This document shows positions 1 to 9,475 of a stretch of DNA of 64,000 nucleotides, piece by piece. Origin of the DNA: an uncultured virus (IMG/VR IMGVR_UViG_3300037458_000449) (Duplodnaviria > Heunggongvirae > Uroviricota > Caudoviricetes); the IMG/VR virus record IMGVR_UViG_3300037458_000449, one strand, 5' to 3'. The notes under the pieces are model-generated. The model was not told where the DNA came from and ran no database searches. It was given only the letters and a program-made list of their open reading frames with translations. The position numbers and the translations under genes are program-made. Within the stretch, counting starts at the first letter, position 1, and every line of letters begins with the position of its first letter.

Positions 1-126
1 CGGCGAGTGCCTGATCCGCACCGCGACCACCCAGGGGATCGTCTACATCACGTTCACCCCGCTCGAGGGGGCTACCGAGGTCGTGCAGTCGTTCATGCCG
101 GCCAAGATGCTCAACGAGATCATGGA
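1..126. repeat. 126-bp exact direct repeat of 63831..63956 (circular overlap / assembly branch point)
   Basis: Base-by-base identity from cggcgagtgc to catgga; the copies diverge at base 127 (g) vs 63957 (a). Confidence 0.97.
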
Positions 127-148
127 GCAGTTTCGCCGTGGGGTTTAA
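2..148 (+). CDS. terL: 3' end of terminase large subunit N-terminal (ATPase) gene, HNH-containing allele (partial)
   Basis: Same frame as 63202..63981; reads GECLIRTATTQGIVYITFTPLEG...MEQFRRGV*. Confidence 0.85.
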   Translation, partial: GECLIRTATTQGIVYITFTPLEGATEVVQSFMPAKMLNEIMEQFRRGV

Positions 149-698
149 CCGGGTTCGTGACGGGATGCGACCCTGCATTGCGTGCGGCTTAACGCTCCCT
201 GTTGCCGAGTTTCCGGCTTATCCATACATCACGCGGCAGGGAAAGCCGAGCGTGCGCTATGACTCGCGCTGCCGCGCTTGCTCCCGTGAACGAGTCCGCT
301 GTAGGCGGGCAGACCCATCCAAGAGGGAAAAGGATCGTGTCGCTTCGATGGAATGGAAGCGGGCCAATCGTGACCGGCTGGCATCTCACCAAAAGACGAA
401 ACGAGCCACCGATCCGTTGTTCAGGCCAGCAAAGGCTGCCTATCAGCGTGCTCGCAAAGCCAGGATGCGCTCCGGCTTGGGGCGCGGACGCAACGACCCC
501 GAGATTCTGTCGATCTATGCCAATGCCAAGGCCATGGAGGCCAAGTTAGCCGCCTGCGTCGAGTGCGACGACCCGCTGGAAATGGCTATGCATGTCGATC
601 ACATCGTTCCGCTCTCAAGAGGCGGCCGACACGTTCCGTCGAATCTTCGGATCGTCAGCGCTCGCGAGAATCTGCGGAAAGGGGCGCGTCATGCCTGA
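138..698 (+). CDS. HNH homing endonuclease with N-terminal CxxC zinc motifs
   Basis: HVDHIVPLSRGGRHVPSNLRIVSARENLRKG HNH motif; overlaps both terL halves; absent from the allele at the window end. Confidence 0.9.
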   Translation: MGFNRVRDGMRPCIACGLTLPVAEFPAYPYITRQGKPSVRYDSRCRACSRERVRCRRADPSKREKDRVASMEWKRANRDRLASHQKTKRATDPLFRPAKAAYQRARKARMRSGLGRGRNDPEILSIYANAKAMEAKLAACVECDDPLEMAMHVDHIVPLSRGGRHVPSNLRIVSARENLRKGARHA

Positions 699-1449
699 GA
701 TCAATCCATCAAAGTATCTGGTGCTTGCTGGCTGGAATGACTGCCCGCACCTGGGCGAGCAGGACAAGATCGAACTGCGCCGGGCGTTCGCCGCGCGCCC
801 CCACGAACTCAAGGCCCGCGAAATGGGCATCCCCGTGCTGGGCAGCGGTGCCGTGTTCCCGGTGAACGAGGACGACATCCTGATCGACCCGATCCCGATT
901 CCCGACAACTGGCCGCAGATCGGCGGCATGGACTTCGGCTGGGATCACCCGTTTGCCGTCGCCCGCCTCGCGTGGAACCGCGACATCGACTGCCTGTACG
1001 TCATCGCCGACTTCCGCCAGTCGCAGATGACGCCCGTGATGGCGAAGGTCGCCCTGCACACCTGGGACAAGTGGCTGCCCTATGCATGGCCCCACGATGG
1101 CCTGCAGCACGACAAGGGCAGCGGCGAGCAGCTGGCCGAGCAGTACGGGGCCGCCGGGTTCGACATGCTGCCGGAGCGCGCCACGTTCCTCGACGGGTCC
1201 AACGGGCTCGAGGCGGGCATCAGCGAAATGCTCGACCGCATGATGACCGGCCGCTGGAAGGTCTTTTCGACGTGCGCGCTGTGGCTTGAGGAATTTCGCC
1301 TTTACCACCGCAAAGAGGGCCTGATCCAGAAGATCCGCGACGACGTCATCAGCGCCAGTCGGTATGGACTAATGATGAGGAGATATGCGCGGTGCAGGCC
1401 TACGAGAAAGCTCGCCGTCAAAGTGAAACCAAATTGGAGAGTGTCGTAA
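691..1449 (+). CDS. terL: Terminase large subunit C-terminal part (RNase H-like nuclease domain), P22 gp2-like
   Basis: ATG at 691 after AAAGGGG; motifs GMDFGWDHP, AWPHDG, EEFRLYHR, DDVISASRY resemble P22 gp2. Confidence 0.9.
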   Translation: MPEINPSKYLVLAGWNDCPHLGEQDKIELRRAFAARPHELKAREMGIPVLGSGAVFPVNEDDILIDPIPIPDNWPQIGGMDFGWDHPFAVARLAWNRDIDCLYVIADFRQSQMTPVMAKVALHTWDKWLPYAWPHDGLQHDKGSGEQLAEQYGAAGFDMLPERATFLDGSNGLEAGISEMLDRMMTGRWKVFSTCALWLEEFRLYHRKEGLIQKIRDDVISASRYGLMMRRYARCRPTRKLAVKVKPNWRVS

Positions 1450-1880
1450 TGGTGACTCTGGAAAGGGCTCGCGAGCTTTTCGCGCTCGATGCTGCCGGTA
1501 TTTTGCGATGGCGCGTGAACCGTAAGGGCGGCGTGAAGGCCGGCGAGCCTGTGGGCTGCGACAACGGGCGCGGCTACCTGCGTACCTCAGTCGATGGCCG
1601 CCAGGTGCTCGTCCACCGGCTGATTTGGCTCATGACTCATGACGAATGGCCCGCCAGCGAACTCGATCACATCGACCGGAACACGCAGAACAACCGCCCA
1701 AGCAACCTGCGGCTCGCGAATCGTCGCATCAACCTATCGAATCGCCGTCCGCTGGGCGAATCCGGTGCCGTGGGCGTCAGCCGTAACGGCAATGGATGGC
1801 AGGCGAGGCGCTTTCACCGTTACCTCGGCACGTTCCGCACGATCGAGGAAGCCGCTGAAGCGGCAAGGAGGGTCGCATGA
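1449..1880 (+). CDS. HNH homing endonuclease (HNH_3 type, AP2-like C-terminus)
   Basis: VHRLIW...LDHIDRNTQNNRPSNLR; YLGTFRTIEEAAEA; TAATG coupling to terL. Confidence 0.88.
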   Translation: MVTLERARELFALDAAGILRWRVNRKGGVKAGEPVGCDNGRGYLRTSVDGRQVLVHRLIWLMTHDEWPASELDHIDRNTQNNRPSNLRLANRRINLSNRRPLGESGAVGVSRNGNGWQARRFHRYLGTFRTIEEAAEAARRVA

Positions 1881-2089
1881 CGAATCCCCACGGCGTTCCG
1901 CACGCCCATAACTCGACGCCTTACCCGACCCGGCCGCGCTGGATGCTCGTCTACCGGCTGCCCGGCGACCCCGATCCGCACCAGCGGGCCTACGACGTGC
2001 TGCGCGAGGCCGAGGCCCGCAGCCGTCTCGCGGCCGAAGTGCCGGACGCCTACTCGATCTCGGCCACGTTCAACGAAGTCCCACTCTAG
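1877..2089 (+). CDS. Hypothetical protein
   Basis: AGGAGG RBS, ATGA overlap, genome-typical codon use. Confidence 0.6.
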   Translation: MTNPHGVPHAHNSTPYPTRPRWMLVYRLPGDPDPHQRAYDVLREAEARSRLAAEVPDAYSISATFNEVPL

Positions 2090-2099
2090 GAGCACCCAC

Positions 2100-2534
2100 A
2101 TGGGCATTACCGTCGGCGGCGACACCGCTTGGAAGGTCTACAGCCGCGGTCCGATCGCCGCTGCGTTCCATTGGATCAACGGCGAGCCCGCCATGGTCCT
2201 GTTTCCGACCAAGGGCCGCATGATGCTGAACGGCTGCATGCCCTATGCCCTGCCCCTGTCGCGAGCCCATGAGCTCGTCAAGGACGGCACCGACGGCAGC
2301 GTGGTCGATTCGGCGATCCTGTGGGACCGCGCGACGACGGCAACGCGCGTCATGGGGTTCGGCACCGACGCCCAGGTTGCCATGAAGGTCGCCGACGTCA
2401 TCTTGAACGGCCTCGATGATCTCTGCGACATGCCGCCGGAGCCCGAAGTGCTGGCGGCCAAGCGCGAGCCCGCTCCAACCGGAGAACTTGAGGTTAGGGT
2501 TGCCGGCGAAACGGTCTTCCAGGGTGAGGCATAG
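2100..2534 (+). CDS. Hypothetical protein between terminase and portal
   Basis: AGGAG RBS; high GC3. Confidence 0.75.
   Translation: MGITVGGDTAWKVYSRGPIAAAFHWINGEPAMVLFPTKGRMMLNGCMPYALPLSRAHELVKDGTDGSVVDSAILWDRATTATRVMGFGTDAQVAMKVADVILNGLDDLCDMPPEPEVLAAKREPAPTGELEVRVAGETVFQGEA
2471..2500 (+). promoter_or_regulatory. Putative late promoter CGCTCCAAC-N15-TAGGGT
   Basis: One of six copies with identical spacing; upstream of portal. Confidence 0.65.
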
Positions 2535-2537
2535 CCG

Positions 2538-5015
2538 GTGGACTCCCTTCGCGTCGTACACACGATGACCGGCAACGTGCCGGAGGTCGAAGATCGCCCG
2601 GAAACCGCCGATCGTGAAGACGCCGCGCTGACTGCGAAGTTCTCCAAGCTGCGATCGTGGCTCGAGCATGAGCGGGATCGGCAGGCTGAAAACCGCGCCG
2701 AAATGGCGATCGACGCCGATTACTACGACGGCCTGCAATGGTCCGAGGAAGACGCCCGCGAGATCGAGGCGCGCGGCCAGGCACCGCTCGTTTTCAACGA
2801 GGTCAAGGTGTCGATCGACTGGATCCTCGGTGCGGAGAAGCGCAACCGGGTCGATTGGCGCGTCCTGCCACGCGAGGCGAGCGACAGCGAAGGCGCGACG
2901 ATCCGCTCCAAGGTGCTCAAGTACCTCTCCGACGTCAATCGCACCCCGTTCACGCGCTCCCAGGCCTTCGCCGAGGCGGCCATCAGCGGCCTCAGCTGGC
3001 TGGAAGACTCGCTTTCGATGGACGCGACCGACGACGTGCTCTATTCGGGCCATGAGTCGTGGCGCAACGTCCTGCACGACAGCTACCACAAGCGGCCCGA
3101 CGGCAAGGACATGCGCTACCTGTTCCGGTGGCGCTACCTCGACCTCGACGTAGCCCAAGCCCTCTGGCCGAAGCACTCCGCGGCCCTTGAGCGCATGGCG
3201 ATGGGCGCCGACCAGCTGACGGCAGACGCCGACGACGAGCTCTGGTACCTCGGGGCGAACCTGCGCGACCCGCAGACGCACCGCGCGAGCGCGACCCGCA
3301 GCCTGTCGATGACCGGATCGAGCGTCGATAACGACCGCAGGCGCGTGAAAGTCTACGAGGGCTGGTATCGCGAGCCCGAGGAAGCCAAGGTGCTCTTTGG
3401 CGGCGCCTACCATGGCGACATTTACAACGAACAGCTGCCGGCGCACCAGAAAGCGGTGCAAAGCGGCAGCTGCGACGCGGTCAGCGCGATCGTGCTGCGC
3501 GTCCGCCTGGCGTTCATGACCGATGCGGAACTGCTCGAGGACTGCGAGACGCCTTTCGCGCACAACCAGTTCCCGCTGACGCCCCTGTATTGCTTCCGCC
3601 GCGGTCGCGACGGCATGCCCTACGGCCACGTCCGGCCGATGCGCGACCCGCAGATGGACATGAACAAGCGCATGTCGAAATCGCTGTTCCTGCTCTCCGT
3701 CAACCAGCTGATTGTCGAAGAAGGCACGTTCTCGACCGAAAAGGACGGCTACACGCTGCAGGACGCGCTCGACAACGCCAGCAACCCGCAGGGCTATTTC
3801 GTCCTGAAGCGCGGCGACGCCAAGTTCGAGATCCGCCGCGACTTCGCCGAGATCCGCGGCCACTCCGAGATCCTGGCCCTCGACCGTCAATTCCTGCAGT
3901 CCGCCTCGGGCGTCACCGACGAACTGCTCGGCCGCCGCACCAACGCGACCTCGGGCACGGCGATCACGGCCCGGCAGGAGCAGGGGCAGATCGCGACGGC
4001 CGGGATCTTCGACAACTACCGGCTCGCAATCAGCGTGAGCGGCCAGAAATCGCTGTCGAACGTCGAAAAGTTCTACTCGATGCCGAAGGTCATCCGCCTC
4101 ACCGAGACACAGGTAGGCGAGGCGCAGCCGAAAATCGACTGGGTCAACATCAACCAGCCCGAACTGCAGCCCGACGGCTCCGTGAAGTTCCTCAACGACA
4201 TCACTCAGTCACACGCTGATTTCGTGGTGGACGAGCAGGACTACCGCGCCACGATGCGCCAGGCGATGTTTGAGCAGCTGCTCGAAATGCTCAAGATCGT
4301 CGCCCCGGTCGCGCCGGCGATCGCCATTGGCCTGCTCGACATCGTCGTAGACGCCAACGACTTCCCCGGCAAGGAAGAAATGATCCAGCGCATCCGGCAG
4401 CTGATCGCCGAGGCGCGCGGCGAGGCCAAGACGCCCGAGCAGAAGGCCGAGGAAGCCGAGGCCGCGATGCTGCAGAAGCACGCCTTCGCCGCGAAGATCG
4501 CCGTGGACGAGGCCAAGGCCGACAAGACCGACGCCGAGGCCGACCAGATCCGCGCCATGCTCGATGCTGGCATGGTCGCCGTGGACCTCGAGCGCACCCC
4601 GCAAGGCGAGGCCCCGGCCGGCGGCAGCAAATCAATGGCCCCGGCGGAAGGATCAGCGCAGCCAAGCGGACCCCCCGCCGCCCGCGGCGCCCCGCCGCCT
4701 GGGGCCGCCCCCGATCCGATGGCGCGCGAAGGGCAGGCAGCGACCCTCGATGCCATGGCCGCGATGCTCGAGCAGGGGCAGCAGTTGCAGGAGTTCATCC
4801 GCCAGCAGGGCGCGATGGCAATGCAGCAGAACGCCCAGCTTCGCTCCGAGCTCGCGCAGTCCATGCAGCAGATCGCCGCCGCCATGCAGCAGTTCGCCGC
4901 CATGGCAGGCCAGCCCGGCCGCCAGCTGCAGCCCGTCGGCCCGCGCAGCAAAGTCATTCGCATCACCGACCCCGAGGGGCGGCTGATCGAAGCAACCGTT
5001 GAGTCCAACCAGTAG
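2538..5015 (+). CDS. Portal protein (P22-like)
   Basis: DYYDGLQW...RGQAPLVFN, PYGHVRPMRDPQ...NKRMSK, SGTAITARQEQG; position after terL. Confidence 0.9.
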   Translation: MDSLRVVHTMTGNVPEVEDRPETADREDAALTAKFSKLRSWLEHERDRQAENRAEMAIDADYYDGLQWSEEDAREIEARGQAPLVFNEVKVSIDWILGAEKRNRVDWRVLPREASDSEGATIRSKVLKYLSDVNRTPFTRSQAFAEAAISGLSWLEDSLSMDATDDVLYSGHESWRNVLHDSYHKRPDGKDMRYLFRWRYLDLDVAQALWPKHSAALERMAMGADQLTADADDELWYLGANLRDPQTHRASATRSLSMTGSSVDNDRRRVKVYEGWYREPEEAKVLFGGAYHGDIYNEQLPAHQKAVQSGSCDAVSAIVLRVRLAFMTDAELLEDCETPFAHNQFPLTPLYCFRRGRDGMPYGHVRPMRDPQMDMNKRMSKSLFLLSVNQLIVEEGTFSTEKDGYTLQDALDNASNPQGYFVLKRGDAKFEIRRDFAEIRGHSEILALDRQFLQSASGVTDELLGRRTNATSGTAITARQEQGQIATAGIFDNYRLAISVSGQKSLSNVEKFYSMPKVIRLTETQVGEAQPKIDWVNINQPELQPDGSVKFLNDITQSHADFVVDEQDYRATMRQAMFEQLLEMLKIVAPVAPAIAIGLLDIVVDANDFPGKEEMIQRIRQLIAEARGEAKTPEQKAEEAEAAMLQKHAFAAKIAVDEAKADKTDAEADQIRAMLDAGMVAVDLERTPQGEAPAGGSKSMAPAEGSAQPSGPPAARGAPPPGAAPDPMAREGQAATLDAMAAMLEQGQQLQEFIRQQGAMAMQQNAQLRSELAQSMQQIAAAMQQFAAMAGQPGRQLQPVGPRSKVIRITDPEGRLIEATVESNQ

Positions 5016-5027
5016 GAGATTCCGCCA

Positions 5028-5549
5028 ATGTTCGCATCCATCCTGAACCGCGCCCGCGCCCTTGCCCTCGTCGCGCTGGTTGCGTTTACCGCCCTCGCGC
5101 CGCAGGCCTCGCAGGCCCAGGCGTTCAGCGATTACGTCGAAAACAAGATCGTGGACCTTCTGGTTCGCGGTCAGACCTTCACCCCGCCCGCCACGATCTA
5201 CGTCGGCCTGTCCACGACGGCGTGCAGCGACAACTCGTTCGGCACGGAAGTCTCTGGCAACAACTACTCGCGCGCTTCGGTTACGGCGTCGCTGGCGAAC
5301 TTCGCCGGCACGCAGTCGTCGGGCAGCACGACGGCCTCAAGCGGCACGGGCGGCCAGACCAGCAACAACGGTGCGGTGAACTTCGCGACCCCGTCGGGGA
5401 CGTGGGGCAACGTGACGCATTGGTTCCTGGCTGACGCCGTCAGCGCCGGCAACCTGTTGATCTGCGACGACCTGACGGTGCCGAAGACGATCAATAGCGG
5501 CGACACCGTCTCGTTCGCGATCGGCGCCCTGACCGTCACCGTGCAGTAA
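5028..5549 (+). CDS. Virion/fibre-associated protein with signal-peptide-like N-terminus
   Basis: FSDYVENK...YVGLST...EVSGNNYSR...WGNVTH...KTINSGDTVSF pattern seen in phage fibre-base proteins; hydrophobic leader ending ASQA. Confidence 0.7.
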   Translation: MFASILNRARALALVALVAFTALAPQASQAQAFSDYVENKIVDLLVRGQTFTPPATIYVGLSTTACSDNSFGTEVSGNNYSRASVTASLANFAGTQSSGSTTASSGTGGQTSNNGAVNFATPSGTWGNVTHWFLADAVSAGNLLICDDLTVPKTINSGDTVSFAIGALTVTVQ

Positions 5550-5552
5550 GCA

Positions 5553-5780
5553 ATGCAGGTCGATGTCTCCGAGGCTGGATGGCTCGAGCTCTGGCGTGGC
5601 GCGACCCTCATATCGCGTCATCGCCAAGAGCGCGAGGCATGGACCAGCGCCCTGCGGCACGCCAACACGGCGGGCCCCGGAGATTATGAGCTTCGGCGCG
5701 GGATCATCCGCATCCGCGTGACGGCGTCGGCCGTCGCACAGTCAGCGGGGGAGATCGACGCCACCTTGGGGCTGCCATGA
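5553..5780 (+). CDS. Hypothetical protein
   Basis: Fills the operon; ATGA overlap with the next gene. Confidence 0.55.
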   Translation: MQVDVSEAGWLELWRGATLISRHRQEREAWTSALRHANTAGPGDYELRRGIIRIRVTASAVAQSAGEIDATLGLP

Positions 5781-8524
5781 GCGGCCCGGCCTGGTTCCTG
5801 CGGCTCCGCGACACCGCTCCAAATTGGACCGAGCGTTATGCAGCGATCGAAGCAGCCCTTACCGAGGGCCTGCTCGACAGCGCGACACTCGGCGAATACC
5901 TTGCAGAAGGAACGCCAACCGCCCGCGCTCAAGCGGTCCTCGATGCGCTTGTCGATCCCGTTACAGTCCGTGTCTACGACGGCGACGGCACGATCATGGG
6001 CCAGGGCACCATGCGAACGCCGTGGGCCACGACGGCAGGCGGTGTCATCACTCTCGGCGAGGTCACGCAGTTCGTCGTTACGCAGAGCGGCACGCCGGAT
6101 CCGGCCAGCTGGTATCTGCGCTTTGAGTCAGGAACGCGATGGGTACGCGGCAGCTTCGGCCTCGTTGGCAGCCTGGCCGCCTGCACTTGGTCGCTTCCGA
6201 CATGGGAAGCCGGTCAGAACGGTACGATCGGCACGGTCACGATCGGCGTGCCGTCGGGTTCCGCGCCGTCACTCGTCGGCGCAGCCAGCGCCCTGACGTT
6301 CACGGAAGGCGTCGGCGGGACCTACAATTTCAGCGGCTTCGCAAGCGATCCAGACGGCGGCGCGATCGCTTATTCGCTTGTCGGCACGCCATACGTCGGC
6401 ATCAGCATCAATCCGACCAGCGGCGTCTTGAGTGTTGAGACGACAGCCTCCGCGGCTGTTCGCAACCTGATCGTGCGCGTCACCGACGCTGGCGGCTTGA
6501 GCTCGGACTGGCCGGTGACGGTCACGATTTCAAGCGTGTCACAGGTGAAGTGGCACCCAGGCCATTACGCAAGGACAAACCAGCAAACGACGCCCTCCGT
6601 CTATGCGGCGCGTCAGACCGAATACGCGACGACCGCGGGCTACAGCAATATCGTCGGGGTCGCTTTCGAGATCAAATGGGGCTGGCTTGAGCGGACAACG
6701 CAGGGAAGCTACGACCTGACCTACCTCGAGCGCGAGATTGCCTACATCGCCTCGCTTGGCAAGAAAGCCATCATCAACATCGGGCACCTCAATTTCAGCG
6801 GCAGCGTTCCCGCCGCGCCGCAGGGCACCGCTGAGACGCTGCAACGCTGTACGCCGGACTATGTGATCCAGAACGGTTGGGCTGGCAACCAGAACGGATA
6901 CGCAGGCTGGGGCGCAAGACTGGACATTGCCGGGTGCATGGATCGGTACATCGCGCTGATCCAGCACCTCGGAGCGGCTTACAACGGCGACCCCCGAGTA
7001 GCTGCAGTCACGATCGGCGAGACATCAAGCAATCTCACCGGGTACAACACCAGCAATGGCTTGGCGCAATGGCTGAGGGTGCCGCAGTTGGCGCGAGCGG
7101 CATGGCCGACGACACCGTTTTTCATCGCCAACAACTACCTCAACAGTCGGGCGGACACAAAGACGCTGACTGACCGCATGGTGCTGCACGGCATCGGGAT
7201 GAACGGGCCGGACATTTACACCTACGACAGCCCGGACAACGAGTCATGGGGCGCGTCGTGCATCCGTGGACGTGGCGGGGACTTTGGCACGACTGACTCG
7301 CGGGCCGTCGTCGGGCAAATGTTTGAGATGCAAGTCATCCGTGGGACATCCAGAACGAAGTCTGAGATCAACAACCTCGCGAACAACGAGCGCAAAAACA
7401 ACTTCACGGTCTGGACGATATACAACGGGTTTGATCCGCCCGAATACGGGCCTCCCTATGCGCCGTGCCCTGAGTTCCGCTGGGAATCAGCGACGGGTGT
7501 GCGGCAGTACATCAACAACTCTGCGAATGCGGTCACGAATACTACCCTGCCTAGTGCGTGGGCCGCTCCGCCACCGTCGGCCGGCATCGTGATGCACAAC
7601 ACGACCTGGGAAACCGACCCGACTTCTGCCGACGTGGCTCCCGCTGGTTGGTCACTATCGAACACGGGCGGCACGGGCGACACGCGCTCGTTCCAGACGA
7701 CTACGCCGCGCACCGGCACGAAGTCGATGCGCTTCACCCTGACGCGTAACTCATCGGCGGATTGGCGCAACGAATACTCATCTGGCGTCGGTGACACCGT
7801 CCCGTTCTGCACATCGGCGGTAGTCCCGCAGCCGATCGAGCAATGGGTCGGCTATTCGATGCGGCTGGTGAGTCCGTACCCAACGGATACGACGCACAGC
7901 GAGGTCATCGGTCAATGGCACAACGGCAACACCGTGCAGGGAACGTGGGCCGGCGGGATATCCCGCTGGGACAGCTCCCCTGTGCTGGCGCTGTGGACGT
8001 GGACGAACGGCAACCTCCGGTTGATCGGACGCTGGTGCGACCTGATCCCGGCGAACAGCAGCCGGCCGTCAATGGGTTCCGAGTATTACGGTGCCGGGTA
8101 CGAATGGCGCTGCACCATCGGCGCGCTGTCCGATTACGCGGGCATCTGGTCTGACTGGGTGTGGCGCGTCGTGTGGGACTGGCGGCAGCGGGGGGCGGCG
8201 CAGAACCCGCTTATTCAGTACCCGTCGAACTGGATGGATGCATCCAACAGCGGCGGCACGGGCCTCGTCCAGCTATGGACGAAGCGGGCTGGAGAATCTG
8301 TTTACACGCAGAGGCTTAACTACGTCGGTCCGGTTGGATCGAACGACTACCAGTCAGCGCCCCTTCTGCAAGGCGCGATCCCGTACTACAAATTCGGCAT
8401 CTACAAGCGCGGCTGGGAGATCGGCGCCAGCAACGTCACGACTCGGCACATCGAGTACGACAACATGAAGATCATTCGCAACGGCGGCTCGTTCAACGAT
8501 GTTGCGCCGGGAGGGAATCCGTAA
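5777..8524 (+). CDS. Multidomain glycan-active protein: Ig/cadherin-like + putative TIM-barrel glycoside hydrolase + polysaccharide-lyase-like C-terminus
   Basis: ASDPDGGAIAYSL...VRVTDAGG (Ig-like); KWHPGHY, WGWLE, IGETS, GPD (GH-like); IGQWH, WSDWVWRVVW, YYKFGIYK, IEYDN (lyase-like jelly roll). Confidence 0.65.
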   Translation: MSGPAWFLRLRDTAPNWTERYAAIEAALTEGLLDSATLGEYLAEGTPTARAQAVLDALVDPVTVRVYDGDGTIMGQGTMRTPWATTAGGVITLGEVTQFVVTQSGTPDPASWYLRFESGTRWVRGSFGLVGSLAACTWSLPTWEAGQNGTIGTVTIGVPSGSAPSLVGAASALTFTEGVGGTYNFSGFASDPDGGAIAYSLVGTPYVGISINPTSGVLSVETTASAAVRNLIVRVTDAGGLSSDWPVTVTISSVSQVKWHPGHYARTNQQTTPSVYAARQTEYATTAGYSNIVGVAFEIKWGWLERTTQGSYDLTYLEREIAYIASLGKKAIINIGHLNFSGSVPAAPQGTAETLQRCTPDYVIQNGWAGNQNGYAGWGARLDIAGCMDRYIALIQHLGAAYNGDPRVAAVTIGETSSNLTGYNTSNGLAQWLRVPQLARAAWPTTPFFIANNYLNSRADTKTLTDRMVLHGIGMNGPDIYTYDSPDNESWGASCIRGRGGDFGTTDSRAVVGQMFEMQVIRGTSRTKSEINNLANNERKNNFTVWTIYNGFDPPEYGPPYAPCPEFRWESATGVRQYINNSANAVTNTTLPSAWAAPPPSAGIVMHNTTWETDPTSADVAPAGWSLSNTGGTGDTRSFQTTTPRTGTKSMRFTLTRNSSADWRNEYSSGVGDTVPFCTSAVVPQPIEQWVGYSMRLVSPYPTDTTHSEVIGQWHNGNTVQGTWAGGISRWDSSPVLALWTWTNGNLRLIGRWCDLIPANSSRPSMGSEYYGAGYEWRCTIGALSDYAGIWSDWVWRVVWDWRQRGAAQNPLIQYPSNWMDASNSGGTGLVQLWTKRAGESVYTQRLNYVGPVGSNDYQSAPLLQGAIPYYKFGIYKRGWEIGASNVTTRHIEYDNMKIIRNGGSFNDVAPGGNP

Positions 8525-9471
8525 TGGCATGGGGTAATTCACCTACAGTAGGCACCTGGGCGGCAGACGAAGGCACGAATCGCGTCTTAACCCCAGGAAC
8601 TCCATCGGGGTCCGGCGGGATATTGCTGGCGTTCGGATTCTCACGGGAAGCGGCCATCACGGTCAGCGCGTCTACCGGATGGACAGCGATCGTCAACAGC
8701 GGGCGCATCGCGCTTTTCGCTAGAGTCTCAGATGGCGGCGCCAATGATTCGTTGTCGCTAACCTTTACTGGCTCCACAAGCGCCTGCGCAGTTGTTAGTC
8801 GCTGGTCAGGCGGAAACACGAATCTCGGATCTCTACTGAACCTTTCGGCAAATTGGAGCACGTTTTTTGCCGCCGAAACATCGCCCAATGGCAATATCTG
8901 GTGCGCCGGGATCACCCCGAGCGTCAACAACTGCTTGGTGATTCGCGGTGGCCTGACTAGTAACGACGATGGTACTTGGACGACTGCACCGGCTGGCGAC
9001 ACGATGCTGTCCGAGTACCAATACAACGCCGTTGGTTCGGACATGAGCGCGGCGGTGTGTTATCGAATCCAGACGACGGCATCAGCTGTCGCTGCCGGAG
9101 ACATCACAAACGGCGGCGCGTCAAACGACGGATACACGTTCGCGGCGGCTCTAACGGAGGGGGCGCTTAGCAAGTTCCTAAAGGCCCTCACTCACCCGAG
9201 CGCCGCCAATGCAACTGGCGTCGAAGTGGTCGTGCATAGCGCCCCAGGCGGCAGCAACTACATCACCGGCACGACCCGCTACGGGTCTGCGAACGGAAAG
9301 GCCTTTGAATCAGCGACCGAAGGCACCGGCGATGCCGAACGCGCCGTGCTCAAGGTTCCTGCGGCCGACGTCGGCTGCAGCGGGCTCGCCGTCGATACGG
9401 TCGTCGCTGTCTGTGCTCGCAACGCCACGCTAACCACCGGGGTCATCCCCGGCACGATCATCGAGGAGTGA
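8524..9471 (+). CDS. Hypothetical virion-associated beta-rich protein
   Basis: TAATG coupling; G/S/T-rich; visibly lower GC in the 5' part. Confidence 0.65.
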   Translation: MAWGNSPTVGTWAADEGTNRVLTPGTPSGSGGILLAFGFSREAAITVSASTGWTAIVNSGRIALFARVSDGGANDSLSLTFTGSTSACAVVSRWSGGNTNLGSLLNLSANWSTFFAAETSPNGNIWCAGITPSVNNCLVIRGGLTSNDDGTWTTAPAGDTMLSEYQYNAVGSDMSAAVCYRIQTTASAVAAGDITNGGASNDGYTFAAALTEGALSKFLKALTHPSAANATGVEVVVHSAPGGSNYITGTTRYGSANGKAFESATEGTGDAERAVLKVPAADVGCSGLAVDTVVAVCARNATLTTGVIPGTIIEE

Positions 9472-9475
9472 AATC

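Noticed and set aside
1..126. Biological direct terminal repeat
   Set aside because: It lies mid-terL and sequence continues past the right copy as a different allele; better explained as circular overlap at an assembly branch.
127..698. Group I intron carrying the HNH in terL
   Set aside because: The HNH ORF fills the whole insert and overlaps both neighbours, leaving no room for a ribozyme core, and the HNH-free allele is also split.
5815..5844. Seventh copy of the late promoter motif (CGCTCCAAA)
   Set aside because: Last base differs, it is inside a CDS, and the hexamer at the fixed spacing (TGCAGC) lacks A2/T6.
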